This document shows positions 20,753 to 30,892 of a stretch of 64,000 nucleotides of DNA, in pieces. The stretch comes from an uncultured Dehalococcoidia bacterium. GTDB taxonomy: Bacteria; Chloroflexota; Dehalococcoidia; Lucifugimonadales; UBA2985. Position numbers and translations under genes: made by a program. The notes beneath the pieces are model-generated. The model was not told the DNA's origin. It worked only from the letters and a program-made list of their open reading frames with translations, and ran no database searches. Where the stretch lies: the NCBI GenBank assembly GCA_964578255.1, contig CAZOCC010000029.1:29864-93863 (forward strand). Direction: 5' to 3'. Position 1 is the first letter of the stretch, and every line of letters starts with the position of its first letter.

Positions 20753-22594
20753 TCAGTCTCCCGTTACTTCATGAGCTCCAACTGGACCCTGGCTTGTGCC
20801 GAAAAGATTTTCTAGTGCGTCCCCTTCTACGGTCTCGTTTAATATGAGATATTCTGCAATTTCTATTAATTTAGGCTTATTTTCTGTCAATATAGACGTG
20901 GCGGTACTATAGGCAGAATCTATGAGCTCACAAACCTCACCATCGATTTCTTCGGCGATCTTGTCGCTGTAGTTTCTTTGATCAGATATTTCCCTTCCCA
21001 AAAAAACCATGTCTTCATTTTTGCCGAATGTTCTTGGTCCGAGACGTTTGCTCATGCCGTAGCGTGTTACCATCAATCTTGCTCTTTGGGTAGCCTGTTC
21101 TATGTCGTTACTGGCACCAGTGGTAACCAGGTTAAATATCAATTCTTCTGCTACTCTGCCACCCATCGCAGTGGCCAACATGTCCGTGAATTGATCCTTA
21201 GTCATCAGATATCGGTCTTCAGTAGGTAGTAGTCTGGTGTATCCACCCATTCCACCTCTGGCGATTATGGATATTTTATGCACAGGGTCTGCGTCTGGTA
21301 ACAGGTGAGCAACTAGGGCATGTCCGGCCTCGTGGTATGCTGTAACTTCTTTTTCCTTCACGCTAATCACGCGGCTTCTACGCTCTGGACCAGCTACTAC
21401 ACGGTCTATAGCCTCGGCGAATTCATCTTGACCAAGTTCTTTCTTGCCCCTTCTGGCGGTCAGAATAGCAGCCTCGTTGATCAAATTAGCTAAATCAGCT
21501 CCACTAAAGCCAGGTGTTTGTTGTGCAATAGAGTTCAGGCTTACATCCGACGATATGGGCTTGCCGGTTGCGTGGACTGCCAGAACAGCAGTCCTACCAT
21601 TGATGTCTGGTGGATCTATGACAACCCTACGGTCAAACCTACCAGGTCTGAGCAAGGCTGGATCAAGAATGTCTGGTCTGTTGGTAGCCGCGATAACTAT
21701 TATGTTGACGCCTGTATCGAAGCCGTCCATTTCTACTAGTATCTGATTGAGAGTTTGTTCTCTTTCGTCGTGGCCTCCGCCCAAACCGGCACCGCGATGC
21801 CTTCCTACAGCATCTATTTCATCTATGAATACGATGCATGGTGAATTCCGTTTTGCTTGGTCAAACAGATCGCGTACTCTTGATGCCCCGACACCCACAA
21901 ACATCTCCACGAATTCGCTTCCACTTATATTGAAGAATGGTACTCCAGCTTCCCCGGCTACCGCACGGGCTAGCAATGTTTTTCCGGTACCGGGGGGTCC
22001 TACTAAGAGAACTCCAGTAGGTATTTTGGCTCCCAGAGAGACGAATCGTTCTGGGAATCTCAGAAATTCCACAACTTCATTCAATTCCTCTTTGGCTTCC
22101 TCTATGCCTGCAACGTCAGAGAAACTTACTGAGGGTTTATTGCCTACAAACATTCTAGCTCTGCTACGCCCAAAGCTCATGGTCTGGTTACTACTACCTT
22201 GTGCTTGCCTCATCATGAACAGTATGATGGCTCCGAAAAAGATTAATGGCAGGAAATTGATTAGCAAGCCAAGAAAACTCCCAAATCCGGATGCTCCCTT
22301 TATCTCTATATCGACCCCAGTTATATCTGCTCCTGAGGCATCGAGCATTTCGAATATGCTAGTGCTACCTTCTTTTCTTGATTCATAATAGCCGCCTAGA
22401 GTGTCGATGATCTCTAGGGAATCTTCGTTTATGGCTATGCTTCTTATTTGTTTGTCCTTGGCCATCTGTATAACTTGACTGATGTTAATATCTTGTGATG
22501 GTCTACTTGGGGACAACATGGTGAACAATACAGCCAAAACAGCAACCACTATAAGGATGTATATGAAACTATTTTTCATCCAAGGGGCATTCAT
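20753..22594 (-). CDS. ftsH: ATP-dependent zinc metalloprotease FtsH
   Basis: 613 aa. Two N-terminal TM segments, Walker A GPPGTGKT, Walker [12 protein letters not shown] region, and HEAGHA zinc site. Confidence 0.97.
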   Translation of the reverse strand: MNAPWMKNSFIYILIVVAVLAVLFTMLSPSRPSQDINISQVIQMAKDKQIRSIAINEDSLEIIDTLGGYYESRKEGSTSIFEMLDASGADITGVDIEIKGASGFGSFLGLLINFLPLIFFGAIILFMMRQAQGSSNQTMSFGRSRARMFVGNKPSVSFSDVAGIEEAKEELNEVVEFLRFPERFVSLGAKIPTGVLLVGPPGTGKTLLARAVAGEAGVPFFNISGSEFVEMFVGVGASRVRDLFDQAKRNSPCIVFIDEIDAVGRHRGAGLGGGHDEREQTLNQILVEMDGFDTGVNIIVIAATNRPDILDPALLRPGRFDRRVVIDPPDINGRTAVLAVHATGKPISSDVSLNSIAQQTPGFSGADLANLINEAAILTARRGKKELGQDEFAEAIDRVVAGPERRSRVISVKEKEVTAYHEAGHALVAHLLPDADPVHKISIIARGGMGGYTRLLPTEDRYLMTKDQFTDMLATAMGGRVAEELIFNLVTTGASNDIEQATQRARLMVTRYGMSKRLGPRTFGKNEDMVFLGREISDQRNYSDKIAEEIDGEVCELIDSAYSTATSILTENKPKLIEIAEYLILNETVEGDALENLFGTSQGPVGAHEVTGD

Positions 22595-22715
22595 ACTAGT
22601 CTTGCAATCAATCCCTTTAAAACTAATTAGGCATATCTTACATTAAAAAATGTTCAAAGGTAAAGGTTAGTCTCTTGGTCGAAAGTCTGATTTATACAGT
22701 ACCAACATATTGTAG

Positions 22716-23552
22716 CTATCTCTCGGATTTCACGCAGACTATACCAATCACGCCTGGCCCTCCGTGGGTTCCTATGGCAGGGCTAATCCTTACTACCAGT
22801 GGCGTGTTACTGGACTGCTCTATCTGTTCGGCTAGAGATGTGGCATAGTCGGCATCTGTCGTGTAAAGAACTGCCACGTTTTCTAGGTTGCCGCATTCTT
22901 GGGAGAGTTGTTCTAGGCTTTGTATACCTTTTCTGAAAGTTCGTATTTTAGCTTTTGTGGCTATCTCACCGTTTTCCAGCGTTAGGATAGGTTTAAGTTG
23001 AAGGACACTGCCTAGTAATGCGCTCGCTTTGCCTATACGGCCTCCTTTTTCAAGGTACTTTAGTGTATCGAACAGGATGAATAATTCAGTACGTTCCAAC
23101 GCTGAATAAGCCGCAGAGGTTGCTTCTTCCAAAGATGCTCCTTGTTTAACGGCCTCGGCCGCGGCGATGACAGAAAATCCTAATCCCATCGATGCTGATT
23201 GACTGTCAACAAGTTGGACAGAGTCCGATAGGTTTTCTTGAGCTACCGCCTGGCTTGCAGAATTCAACGTACCACTTAACTTTGATGATACGTGTATGGA
23301 TAGTAGTTGATCGGCAGATTCACGCAGTCTACTGTATGTCTCCACGAAACTGCCAACTGACGGCTGAGATGTGGTGGGCATTACCGACCCACCTACCAGC
23401 CGTTCGTAGAACTCGTCAGACGATAGGTCCACTCCATCTTGGTAAGAAGTGCTCCCGAAAGTTACCGTCAGAGGAACAACTGTGATGTCCAATTCCTCAC
23501 GTATATCCCTAGGTATATCACATCCACTATCCGTGACGACCTTTATTGTCAT
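22716..23552 (-). CDS. DegV-family fatty-acid-binding protein
   Basis: 278 aa beginning MTIKVVTDSGCDIP, the typical DegV N-terminus. Confidence 0.85.
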   Translation of the reverse strand: MTIKVVTDSGCDIPRDIREELDITVVPLTVTFGSTSYQDGVDLSSDEFYERLVGGSVMPTTSQPSVGSFVETYSRLRESADQLLSIHVSSKLSGTLNSASQAVAQENLSDSVQLVDSQSASMGLGFSVIAAAEAVKQGASLEEATSAAYSALERTELFILFDTLKYLEKGGRIGKASALLGSVLQLKPILTLENGEIATKAKIRTFRKGIQSLEQLSQECGNLENVAVLYTTDADYATSLAEQIEQSSNTPLVVRISPAIGTHGGPGVIGIVCVKSER

Positions 23553-23740
23553 TATTTCGCTCCTAAAGTAACAGTATTAGCTTGTTGTGCGGTATTTTGT
23601 AGTTGTAGACGGTTTTTAGGCGGCAATTTCTTATAGGCTAGGCATTATTCTCGGATTCTTTAATTATGTGACACCATAGGCCATATGCAGTCACTGCTAT
23701 GTTTAATATTCCAGCAGTATACTAGAGCTCATCAATCTTG

Positions 23741-24112
23741 TCATATCAATTTGCTTAGCATGATTCCCGCAATGGCGGCAGCAAGCCCCACCACAATCGA
23801 TGCTACTAAGTTGATGACCGCATTTGCTACTTCCCCGCGTTGGGCTAGCTGAATAGTTGCGACACTTAGTGTGGAAAATGTGGTATATGATCCTAGCACC
23901 CCTATCCCTATAAAGATTCTGATCTCTACTGGCCAGTTAGAATGGGCGGATGCCATTCCAGTTAGCAGGCCTAATAGGAATGACCCACTGATGTTGACAG
24001 CAAATGTTCCCGCTACAGAAGAGTCGATGTATGTTATGGTCACCTTATCTATCGAATACCTAGCAATGGCACCAATAGCTCCGCCAATGCCAACGAGGAC
24101 TATATTTTGCAA
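23741..24112 (-). CDS. crcB: fluoride ion channel CrcB/FluC
   Basis: 123 aa with four TM segments, GGAIGAIARY and GSYTTFST motifs. TTG start with AGGA 7 nt upstream, 13 nt after the upstream MFS gene. Confidence 0.85.
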   Translation of the reverse strand: MQNIVLVGIGGAIGAIARYSIDKVTITYIDSSVAGTFAVNISGSFLLGLLTGMASAHSNWPVEIRIFIGIGVLGSYTTFSTLSVATIQLAQRGEVANAVINLVASIVVGLAAAIAGIMLSKLI

Positions 24113-24125
24113 TGCAATATCCTAT

Positions 24126-25391
24126 TTATTTACTTACAGTTTCGGCTATCACTGTATTTTTTCTGTCGTTGTCGTTTTGATATAGCGTTCCGTGAATGTA
24201 CAGATTCCTTAGGAACTTATTCTTGACGCTAAATAGCATGATGAATACAAAAACCAATCCAGATATGCCCAATACTAGTCCGAATCCAACGGTGTCCGCA
24301 ATAGTGGCATTAATAAGATTGAATGCTGCCATCGTACTTCCCATGTGCCAGATGTAAACACTCATCACCCTTCCTCGTATGGCATCGGGGGCTGCTTCTT
24401 GGACCACGGCTCCTGCTATGGCCATGTAGGAAGCCTGGGCTCCACCCATCAAGGCACAAGATGCTAGAGCCATATATTGATTGCTTGAGAGTCCCAAGAA
24501 GATTGGGGAAAGACCACTAATTAGACCGGCTAATAGAAGAAATCTACCCCTAGTAGCCATACCCTTTATATTGGCAGTTATTAGCACTAAACACAGTGCG
24601 CCTGCACCCACTGCCATCATGAGATATGTGGCTCCAGCACCACCATTAGTGAAAAGTTTCTCTGATACAGAGGGTAGCAGTGATTCAAAAGACATGGTAA
24701 GGCAGCAGTGAAATAGTGTGGTGAGAACAAGAGGCAGTATTAAAGGGTGACGATATACAAACGTGAGCCCAGCGAAAAAATTTTGCGTGGCACTCTGATT
24801 AGTATCAATCTGACCAACAGAAACAGTTTTAATGCTCAGGGTAATCAAAAAGCTAAATAAGTACATTAAAGTACAGAGCGCAAACGCGTATTCAGGCCCA
24901 ACGGTAGCCATAAGGGGCGCTATTAAAGCCGGACCTATCAGTCGTGATCCTTGTAGCGTAGCTACGTTGAGAGATATGGCATTTAGTAAATGTTCCTTTG
25001 GTATCAAATTTGGTAGCAGTGCTTGAGTTGCTGGTACTTGGCTAGCCCTCGCACATCCGTTTACGAAAGATAGCAAGACTATATGGGGTATTTCCAGCGA
25101 GCCTTGGAATGCGAGGATAGCCAAGACTATGTTGTGCCCTAGTTGTACCACGAACAAACTGGCTAACATTTTCTTTCTGTTGAATTTATCAGCCAGGTAA
25201 CCGGCAATTAGGGGTGTTAGAAACATAGGAGCCATTGCGGCAAAGGTTACGAGGCCTACCCACATTGAAGAACCAGATATCGTGTATACCAACCAACCAC
25301 GAGCTACTATCAACGCCCATGCTGCTCCACCAGCGAATAATGATGCTAGCCATAGGCGCCTATAATCGTGGTATCGTAGAGAAACAAGCAT
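24126..25391 (-). CDS. MFS transporter
   Basis: 421 aa with about 12 TM segments. N-terminal YRRLWLASLF..G and the DKFNRKK loop are typical of MFS (EntS-like subfamily). Confidence 0.85.
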   Translation of the reverse strand: MLVSLRYHDYRRLWLASLFAGGAAWALIVARGWLVYTISGSSMWVGLVTFAAMAPMFLTPLIAGYLADKFNRKKMLASLFVVQLGHNIVLAILAFQGSLEIPHIVLLSFVNGCARASQVPATQALLPNLIPKEHLLNAISLNVATLQGSRLIGPALIAPLMATVGPEYAFALCTLMYLFSFLITLSIKTVSVGQIDTNQSATQNFFAGLTFVYRHPLILPLVLTTLFHCCLTMSFESLLPSVSEKLFTNGGAGATYLMMAVGAGALCLVLITANIKGMATRGRFLLLAGLISGLSPIFLGLSSNQYMALASCALMGGAQASYMAIAGAVVQEAAPDAIRGRVMSVYIWHMGSTMAAFNLINATIADTVGFGLVLGISGLVFVFIMLFSVKNKFLRNLYIHGTLYQNDNDRKNTVIAETVSK

Positions 25392-25408
25392 ATTAATTAA
25401 ATGACAAG

Positions 25409-27034
25409 CTATTCCTTGAGTTGAGGTTCTGTAATCTGTTCAAGACCGGAACCATCTGTGAGCATTGTGTATAGCTCTGAATGGCCGTCTTTGTTAGAGG
25501 TGAATAGTATTTTAGAACCATCAGGAGACCATCTTGGGTTGTATTCGTCCGATTGACTATCTGTCAATTTTGTTAATCCTGATCCATCTGTTTTTATTGT
25601 ATAGATATCTGCTTCCCATTCACGCTCAGAGACAAAAGCTATATTCTGGCCATTTGGTGACCAATCTGGGTCATAGTCGTTCAATTCGCTACTGGTTATT
25701 CGAGTTACTTTTTGAGTATTCAGGTCCATTATGTAAATTTCAGCGTCGCCATCTCGGTCTGACGCAAACGCTATTTTAGACCCATCTGGAGACCAGCAAG
25801 GTTGAACATCCAGGAAATCATTGTTGGTGAGATTGGTTAAATTGGAGCCGTCCGCGTTGATTGTATAGATGTCAGCTGATGAGTCGCCTGTCATTGTTGT
25901 AAAAACTATCTTAGAACCATCAGGAGACCATCTAGGATAAGCAGTGCTATTGGCGGTATTGTCGGGGAGCATTCTTGTCTCTGACCCTTCTTTGCTCATG
26001 ATGTATATGTCGAAGTTAGTAGCACTATTTCTTTGAGAAACGAACGCCAAGTCATGACCGTTGGGCGACCAAGCAGGACTGACGTCATTGTATGTATTAT
26101 TTGTGAGTCTCGTGCTATTTTTTGAGGCCAGGTCTAACGTAAATATTTCGTTGTTGCCATGTAAGTCGGATGAGTAGATTATTGAGAGACCATCAGGTGC
26201 CCATGAGGGAAACCAGTTATTTGCCATTACGGGTATTGCTGTAGGTGTTGGCTCCGGATGTTCTATAGTTGGCGGATATAATTCAAAAGAATCAATCATG
26301 GCATCCATAATTGGTGTTAGGATCTCATGGTGATCTTTGTTCATGCAGAATATGGCCGTTATGTTCCACTCTTGACTCACGGTGATCAATGTCCTACAGG
26401 GCCATCCTTCACCATTAACCCAATTTATGGTGTTTACCAGGTATCCTGGTAAGGAGTCGCGTCGTTTTACCGACAGTATGTCGTATCCCAGACCATTCTC
26501 TAAGGTCAGATCATCTAGCATATCCTCCAAGGTTGCATTTGGGTCATGATCAACGAATATCCCAGCACTTGAGTCAGAGTGTTCATGACTCACCCAGGCC
26601 TGATAGGGTAGGTCTTCGCTATATTCACTTATCTGCCATCCTAAGGGGTAATCTAGGGAGAATCCGTAGGGACTTCTGTGAGTGTTTGATAAAACTGGAG
26701 TAGGGTCAGGTGTGATAGTAGGTGTAGGTTCTTGGGTGGGCCTAGGGGTGACAGTGGGTGTAGCCGTTGGCAAGCTCTCTGATGTGGCTTTAACCATGCC
26801 TGCAGCGAGTGACTGTGCGGTAGCCATAATCTTCAAGTTTTGGACCTCTTCTTGAAGTTTCTTGGCGTCTGCTGTTGCCTTGACGTCAATTGTAGGCGCA
26901 GGCACTCTAGTTGGTACATTGGTGGGAGTTGGGCTAGCACTACTGCATCCAGCATATACCATTAACGATATCACTGTTACTGACAACTGAAATAATTGTC
27001 TGTATCTGTTCAACAAAGAGTAATCTTTTTTCAT
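25409..27034 (-). CDS. lipoprotein with TolB-like beta-propeller (PD40/WD40-like repeats)
   Basis: 541 aa. Signal peptide with lipobox (VYAGC), Pro/Thr-rich linkers, a middle globular domain, then about six repeats of the W-SPDG-x-I-x-F-x-S...-IY type. Confidence 0.8.
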   Translation of the reverse strand: MKKDYSLLNRYRQLFQLSVTVISLMVYAGCSSASPTPTNVPTRVPAPTIDVKATADAKKLQEEVQNLKIMATAQSLAAGMVKATSESLPTATPTVTPRPTQEPTPTITPDPTPVLSNTHRSPYGFSLDYPLGWQISEYSEDLPYQAWVSHEHSDSSAGIFVDHDPNATLEDMLDDLTLENGLGYDILSVKRRDSLPGYLVNTINWVNGEGWPCRTLITVSQEWNITAIFCMNKDHHEILTPIMDAMIDSFELYPPTIEHPEPTPTAIPVMANNWFPSWAPDGLSIIYSSDLHGNNEIFTLDLASKNSTRLTNNTYNDVSPAWSPNGHDLAFVSQRNSATNFDIYIMSKEGSETRMLPDNTANSTAYPRWSPDGSKIVFTTMTGDSSADIYTINADGSNLTNLTNNDFLDVQPCWSPDGSKIAFASDRDGDAEIYIMDLNTQKVTRITSSELNDYDPDWSPNGQNIAFVSEREWEADIYTIKTDGSGLTKLTDSQSDEYNPRWSPDGSKILFTSNKDGHSELYTMLTDGSGLEQITEPQLKE

Positions 27035-27442
27035 GCCTACATTACTGACGGTATGGTTGGCTTGGTTTATAAGTTACTGTATTTTGCGTTTTGACTGTCC
27101 CTGTTGTCATATGGATCACTACAATCCCTGGTGAAACCACAATTCAAACATCTTATTTTGCAATGGATTTTTATTATGTTAATGGATTCACATATCAAGC
27201 AGTACATGTTACACCTTCAGTAATTTTATCATGAATATGAAGCACATGAACATGATTGTATGGGCACTGCCTGCTAAACTGAAAGACTGTTTTTGCCTAG
27301 AAAATGAGATAAGCATTTTTGAGCAATCACAAGCATATGCCGAAGCATATTAGTGCTGGTTCCTATATGGGTTGGTTAAACATAACTGATATGTATCTTG
27401 AGGATCTTTTAAAAAATGCATTGTGCTTGGTTGTATATATGA

Positions 27443-28225
27443 TTATCGGCGACCATAGAGTTTAGCTAAAAGGCGTAATATCTCTAGGTATAGCCATATC
27501 AAAGTAACTAGGAGTCCGAATGCCGCATACCATTCCATATATTTAGGTGCCCCTTTTTCGGCTCCCTCCTCAATGAAATCAAAATCCAACACCAAATTTA
27601 GTGAGGCTATTACTACGACGAAAAGGCTGAAGCCAATACTCATCATGGAACTGTTCCGTACGTCCAGTATTGGCAGTCCACCTCCGAATAAACTCATAAT
27701 GAAGCCTATTGCGTAGACTATAAAAATACCGCCAGTTGCGGCAGCCACACCTAATTTAAAATTTTCTGATGCCTTTATGATCCTCGACCTATATAAGAAA
27801 AGAAGAGACAAAAGAATCGCAAGTGTTAGAAGTATTGCTTGGACTGCAATGCCTTCATACAACTCATCAAATACTGAGGATATACCGCCTAATGCCAATC
27901 CTTCAAGACCGGCATATATTGGTACGGTTATTGGGGACCAATTTTTCTTAAATATTGTTATTAGGGCCACTATGAAGCCCCCGATAAATCCAACAAATAT
28001 GAAGCTGGTTATATCTCGGGAGAAAGTCAGGTAACCAAATCCCATCAAAATAATCAAGCTTATGGCAACTTTGTTCACAGTGCCATCTACCGTCATAACT
28101 GTGCCTGTTGTGTTAGAAAGATTGGTAAATGTCTTAGATGATAGTGCAGGGTTTGCCGATCTTAATGAAAGGTGTCCATTGGGTCTTTGTCCCATGTTCC
28201 TACGACCGTAAAAGTTGGCAGACAT
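27443..28225 (-). CDS. Bax inhibitor-1/YccA-family membrane protein
   Basis: 260 aa. N-terminal RSANPALS motif followed by about seven TM segments. Confidence 0.65.
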   Translation of the reverse strand: MSANFYGRRNMGQRPNGHLSLRSANPALSSKTFTNLSNTTGTVMTVDGTVNKVAISLIILMGFGYLTFSRDITSFIFVGFIGGFIVALITIFKKNWSPITVPIYAGLEGLALGGISSVFDELYEGIAVQAILLTLAILLSLLFLYRSRIIKASENFKLGVAAATGGIFIVYAIGFIMSLFGGGLPILDVRNSSMMSIGFSLFVVVIASLNLVLDFDFIEEGAEKGAPKYMEWYAAFGLLVTLIWLYLEILRLLAKLYGRR

Positions 28226-28323
28226 TTTATACCTCCGAAAAGTCGCTAGGCATTGTCGAATCCTAGTAGTTAACTAATGAATTGTCCCTTAATGGAGTTC
28301 ACTCTCAATGTTGTTTATCCAGG

Positions 28324-30777
28324 TCATGGCTTCTCCCAGTTCACAACGTTTCGGTCCTTGAAATCCATCACATCTTGTTCATTATATCCCAATTCCATGA
28401 GGATAGAATGTGTTTGTTGGCCTAGTAGTGGTCCTGAATTGGCATAACTAGATGTGTCAGAAAATGATATAACTGGACTGTAGCGCCAGAATTTACCAAG
28501 CCTTATACTCTCTACTTCGGTCGTGAGATGGTTTTGCTTGACATGAGAGTCATTTAGGAAAAAGTTGTAAGGACTGACATCTTCTGCTTTCACGCATGAC
28601 ACTCCTATGGGTGTTAGGGTCCTTTCCCATTCCATGGGTTCTCTGGTTATAAACACTTTTTCTATCTCCGTCACTAATTCGTTGTCATTTTGTTTACGCA
28701 ACTCCACGGTGGCGAAACGGTCATCTAGCAATAAATTATTTAGACCAACTGCGTTTGCAAATTTCTCCCATTCGTCTTGGAATGGGCAAGCCAGGAATAT
28801 CCAGCCGTTCTTAGCTTCATACAACCTATAAAGGGCATGCAGTCCATATCCATAATAGTCAGCCATAGGTCGCTCTGGTTTTCCTTCGTAAGAGAAGAAG
28901 TCATCTATGTTTGCGTAGGCATTAGCTTGGAGCATTGTGGAGACAATGTACTGGCCTTCCCCAGTCTGTTCTCTGGCGTATAAGCCGAGAAGTATTGCCA
29001 CAGATACTGCCATAGATGAGTTGGGGTCTGGGTTTCCTTCATTAGAGCGGCCCCATTTTCTTGAAACTTCTTTGATTTCATCCAGAGTCATACTTTGACT
29101 GGCAGGTGGCAAAGTATCCTTTCCCAGCTGTGCCCAAACCCCGCCACACACGGCACCTGGTATTGGGTGCATGGATGGCCTGTGTGAATGCGGCCCAGTT
29201 GCACCATAGCCTCCAGCATACACGTACACTAGCCGTGGGTTGATCTCTTTGAGTTGGTCATAACCAATGTTTATCCTCTCTGGGGCACCAGGTCGCATGT
29301 TGTGTACCAACACATCGGCTTTGGCTACCAGTCTATGCATAGCCTCTTGACCTTCTGGGGTTTTCAAGTCTACAGACCAACTCTCACTGCCGGCCATTGT
29401 TCGATGAGCTCCTAGGCCTTGCCTGTTTCGTCTTCCCCAGTCACCGTCTAGAGGCTCGATTCTTATTATCCTGGCACCCATTTCGCCGACCAATGAGCAT
29501 CCAAGAGGACCAGCTATAACCGTGGCAAGGTCCAGTACGGTTACATTTTCCAGTGGGTATTTGGGTGTACTTGAAGAGCCATATGTTTTTTGTGCTCGGC
29601 TATCTAGGCTTGAGGAAGCCAATATCTCTTCGGTATGCTGGCCTGCAGTAGGGGCGGGGCCTTGTATAGAGCCCGGTGTGTCGTATAGCAAAGAAACCGG
29701 CCCTAGTTGTTTCATTTCTCCTACTACTGGGTCTCTCACTTCTTGGACGTGTCCGTTATAGAGCATTTGTGGGTGCCCCAGTCCGCCAGACGCTTGCATA
29801 AAGGGTTCTGCGGCAACATCAGGTTCTTTCCCTATGAATAATTCCATCCACTCCGAGAGAGTCTTTTCTTGGAATTTCTCCAACATAATTTCCCTTAGTT
29901 CATCGGAGTCCTCTGGTTTCATGTTGAATGGAGGTACATTCCAACGCGGCTGTTCAAAGATATACCCTAGGCCAATAGCGTGAAATGCAGCTCGGTAAGG
30001 TCTGTCAACTATGTTTGCCATCTGTATCCAATGACCATCTTTAGTTCTGACAGGCAGGTATCCAAGCATTGGCATAACACCAGGATTACTTTGTGGATTT
30101 GTTAACTTAACTATTGGGTCTTGTCCGAATTGTTCTGGATTGCGAGATACCATCTGGCCATCTAGCCAGCCGCCTATGTCATATGGGGTCATAGCTTGCA
30201 GCAGGCTGGTTTCAACTTTTTGACCCATGCCAGTGTTATTTCTGACCATTAATGCCGCCGTAATACCTCTGACTGCGGCCATATTTGCAGAGTGTGTTGC
30301 GGTCTGAACTGCTGAGTAATGGGGACCAGGCCTGCTCGTTTGGTTAGCGAATGCTGTCATCCTGCCCATTTTTGCAGCTACTGAACCTTCATATGCCTTG
30401 TAATGAGAATAAGGTCCAGTTGGCCCCCAACCGGTGAGGGAGCAATATATTATGGCTGGGTTGACGCTCCTAAGGGATTCGTAATCAATCCCCATTTCTT
30501 GTGTCTCGCCTGGTATGAAATTCTCCACCACAACGTCAGCGTTGGATGCTAATGAGAATGCACTTTGTTTGCCTTCGTGGGTACTTAGGTCTAATATTAT
30601 GCTTCTCTTGCCCCTGTTCCATTGGAATGAGCCAGGTACCACTCTGTATGGATCTCCGCCCACTGGCTCTATTTTTATGACGTCTGCGCCGTAATCTGAC
30701 ATTATCATAGTAGCAACTGATCCAAGTGAACCCTGACTGAAATCCAAAACCGACAATCCTTGGAAAACCTTTGCCAT
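28324..30777 (-). CDS. tandem (two-domain) family III CoA-transferase (CaiB/BaiF-type)
   Basis: 817 aa. Two N-terminal-type motifs: LSVLDFSQGSLGSVATMIMSDYGADVIKIEP, and VTVLDLATVIAGPLGCSLVGEMGARIIRIEP near 29521..29566. SD GGAGGT lies 5 nt before the ATG. Confidence 0.85.
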   Translation of the reverse strand: MAKVFQGLSVLDFSQGSLGSVATMIMSDYGADVIKIEPVGGDPYRVVPGSFQWNRGKRSIILDLSTHEGKQSAFSLASNADVVVENFIPGETQEMGIDYESLRSVNPAIIYCSLTGWGPTGPYSHYKAYEGSVAAKMGRMTAFANQTSRPGPHYSAVQTATHSANMAAVRGITAALMVRNNTGMGQKVETSLLQAMTPYDIGGWLDGQMVSRNPEQFGQDPIVKLTNPQSNPGVMPMLGYLPVRTKDGHWIQMANIVDRPYRAAFHAIGLGYIFEQPRWNVPPFNMKPEDSDELREIMLEKFQEKTLSEWMELFIGKEPDVAAEPFMQASGGLGHPQMLYNGHVQEVRDPVVGEMKQLGPVSLLYDTPGSIQGPAPTAGQHTEEILASSSLDSRAQKTYGSSSTPKYPLENVTVLDLATVIAGPLGCSLVGEMGARIIRIEPLDGDWGRRNRQGLGAHRTMAGSESWSVDLKTPEGQEAMHRLVAKADVLVHNMRPGAPERINIGYDQLKEINPRLVYVYAGGYGATGPHSHRPSMHPIPGAVCGGVWAQLGKDTLPPASQSMTLDEIKEVSRKWGRSNEGNPDPNSSMAVSVAILLGLYAREQTGEGQYIVSTMLQANAYANIDDFFSYEGKPERPMADYYGYGLHALYRLYEAKNGWIFLACPFQDEWEKFANAVGLNNLLLDDRFATVELRKQNDNELVTEIEKVFITREPMEWERTLTPIGVSCVKAEDVSPYNFFLNDSHVKQNHLTTEVESIRLGKFWRYSPVISFSDTSSYANSGPLLGQQTHSILMELGYNEQDVMDFKDRNVVNWEKP

Positions 30778-30892
30778 AGCATACCTCCATACTGTTACGG
30801 TTTTTATGCCAAAATGGCATACTTATGATTGGCCGTGGCTGTGACATTCTTGTGTCCAGTTGGCACTAGTTTATGTTACCACCAATGGGGGT

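Noticed and set aside
21747-22388. A 213-aa ORF antisense to ftsH. Similar long antisense ORFs occur at 53548..54087, 54938..55624, 57980..58594, 60369..60944 and 63144..63773.
   Set aside because: Each lies wholly opposite a confidently identified gene (FtsH, MFS, CopA, the enolase-superfamily gene). They have low-complexity Ser/Pro/Ala-rich composition and no SD. They are typical shadow ORFs.
24113-24200. I looked for a fluoride (crcB-motif) riboswitch upstream of crcB.
   Set aside because: crcB starts 13 nt after the MFS gene stop, so there is no room for one. No riboswitch-like conserved core was seen there or upstream of the MFS/TolB-like operon.
27035-27442. A 400-bp AT-rich intergenic region with short direct repeats (AATGGATT x2, CATGAA x3) and a 40-codon ORF. 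I considered an ncRNA or small gene.
   Set aside because: No stable extended secondary structure, no SD and no recognisable RNA family. It is most simply a promoter/UTR region for the flanking minus-strand operon.
30800-30830. A 7-bp stem hairpin, TATGCCA-TTT-TGGCATA on the minus strand, between the SDR and CoA-transferase genes. I considered a terminator.
   Set aside because: On the transcribed (minus) strand it is followed by an A-run, not a U-run, and the two genes look co-transcribed.
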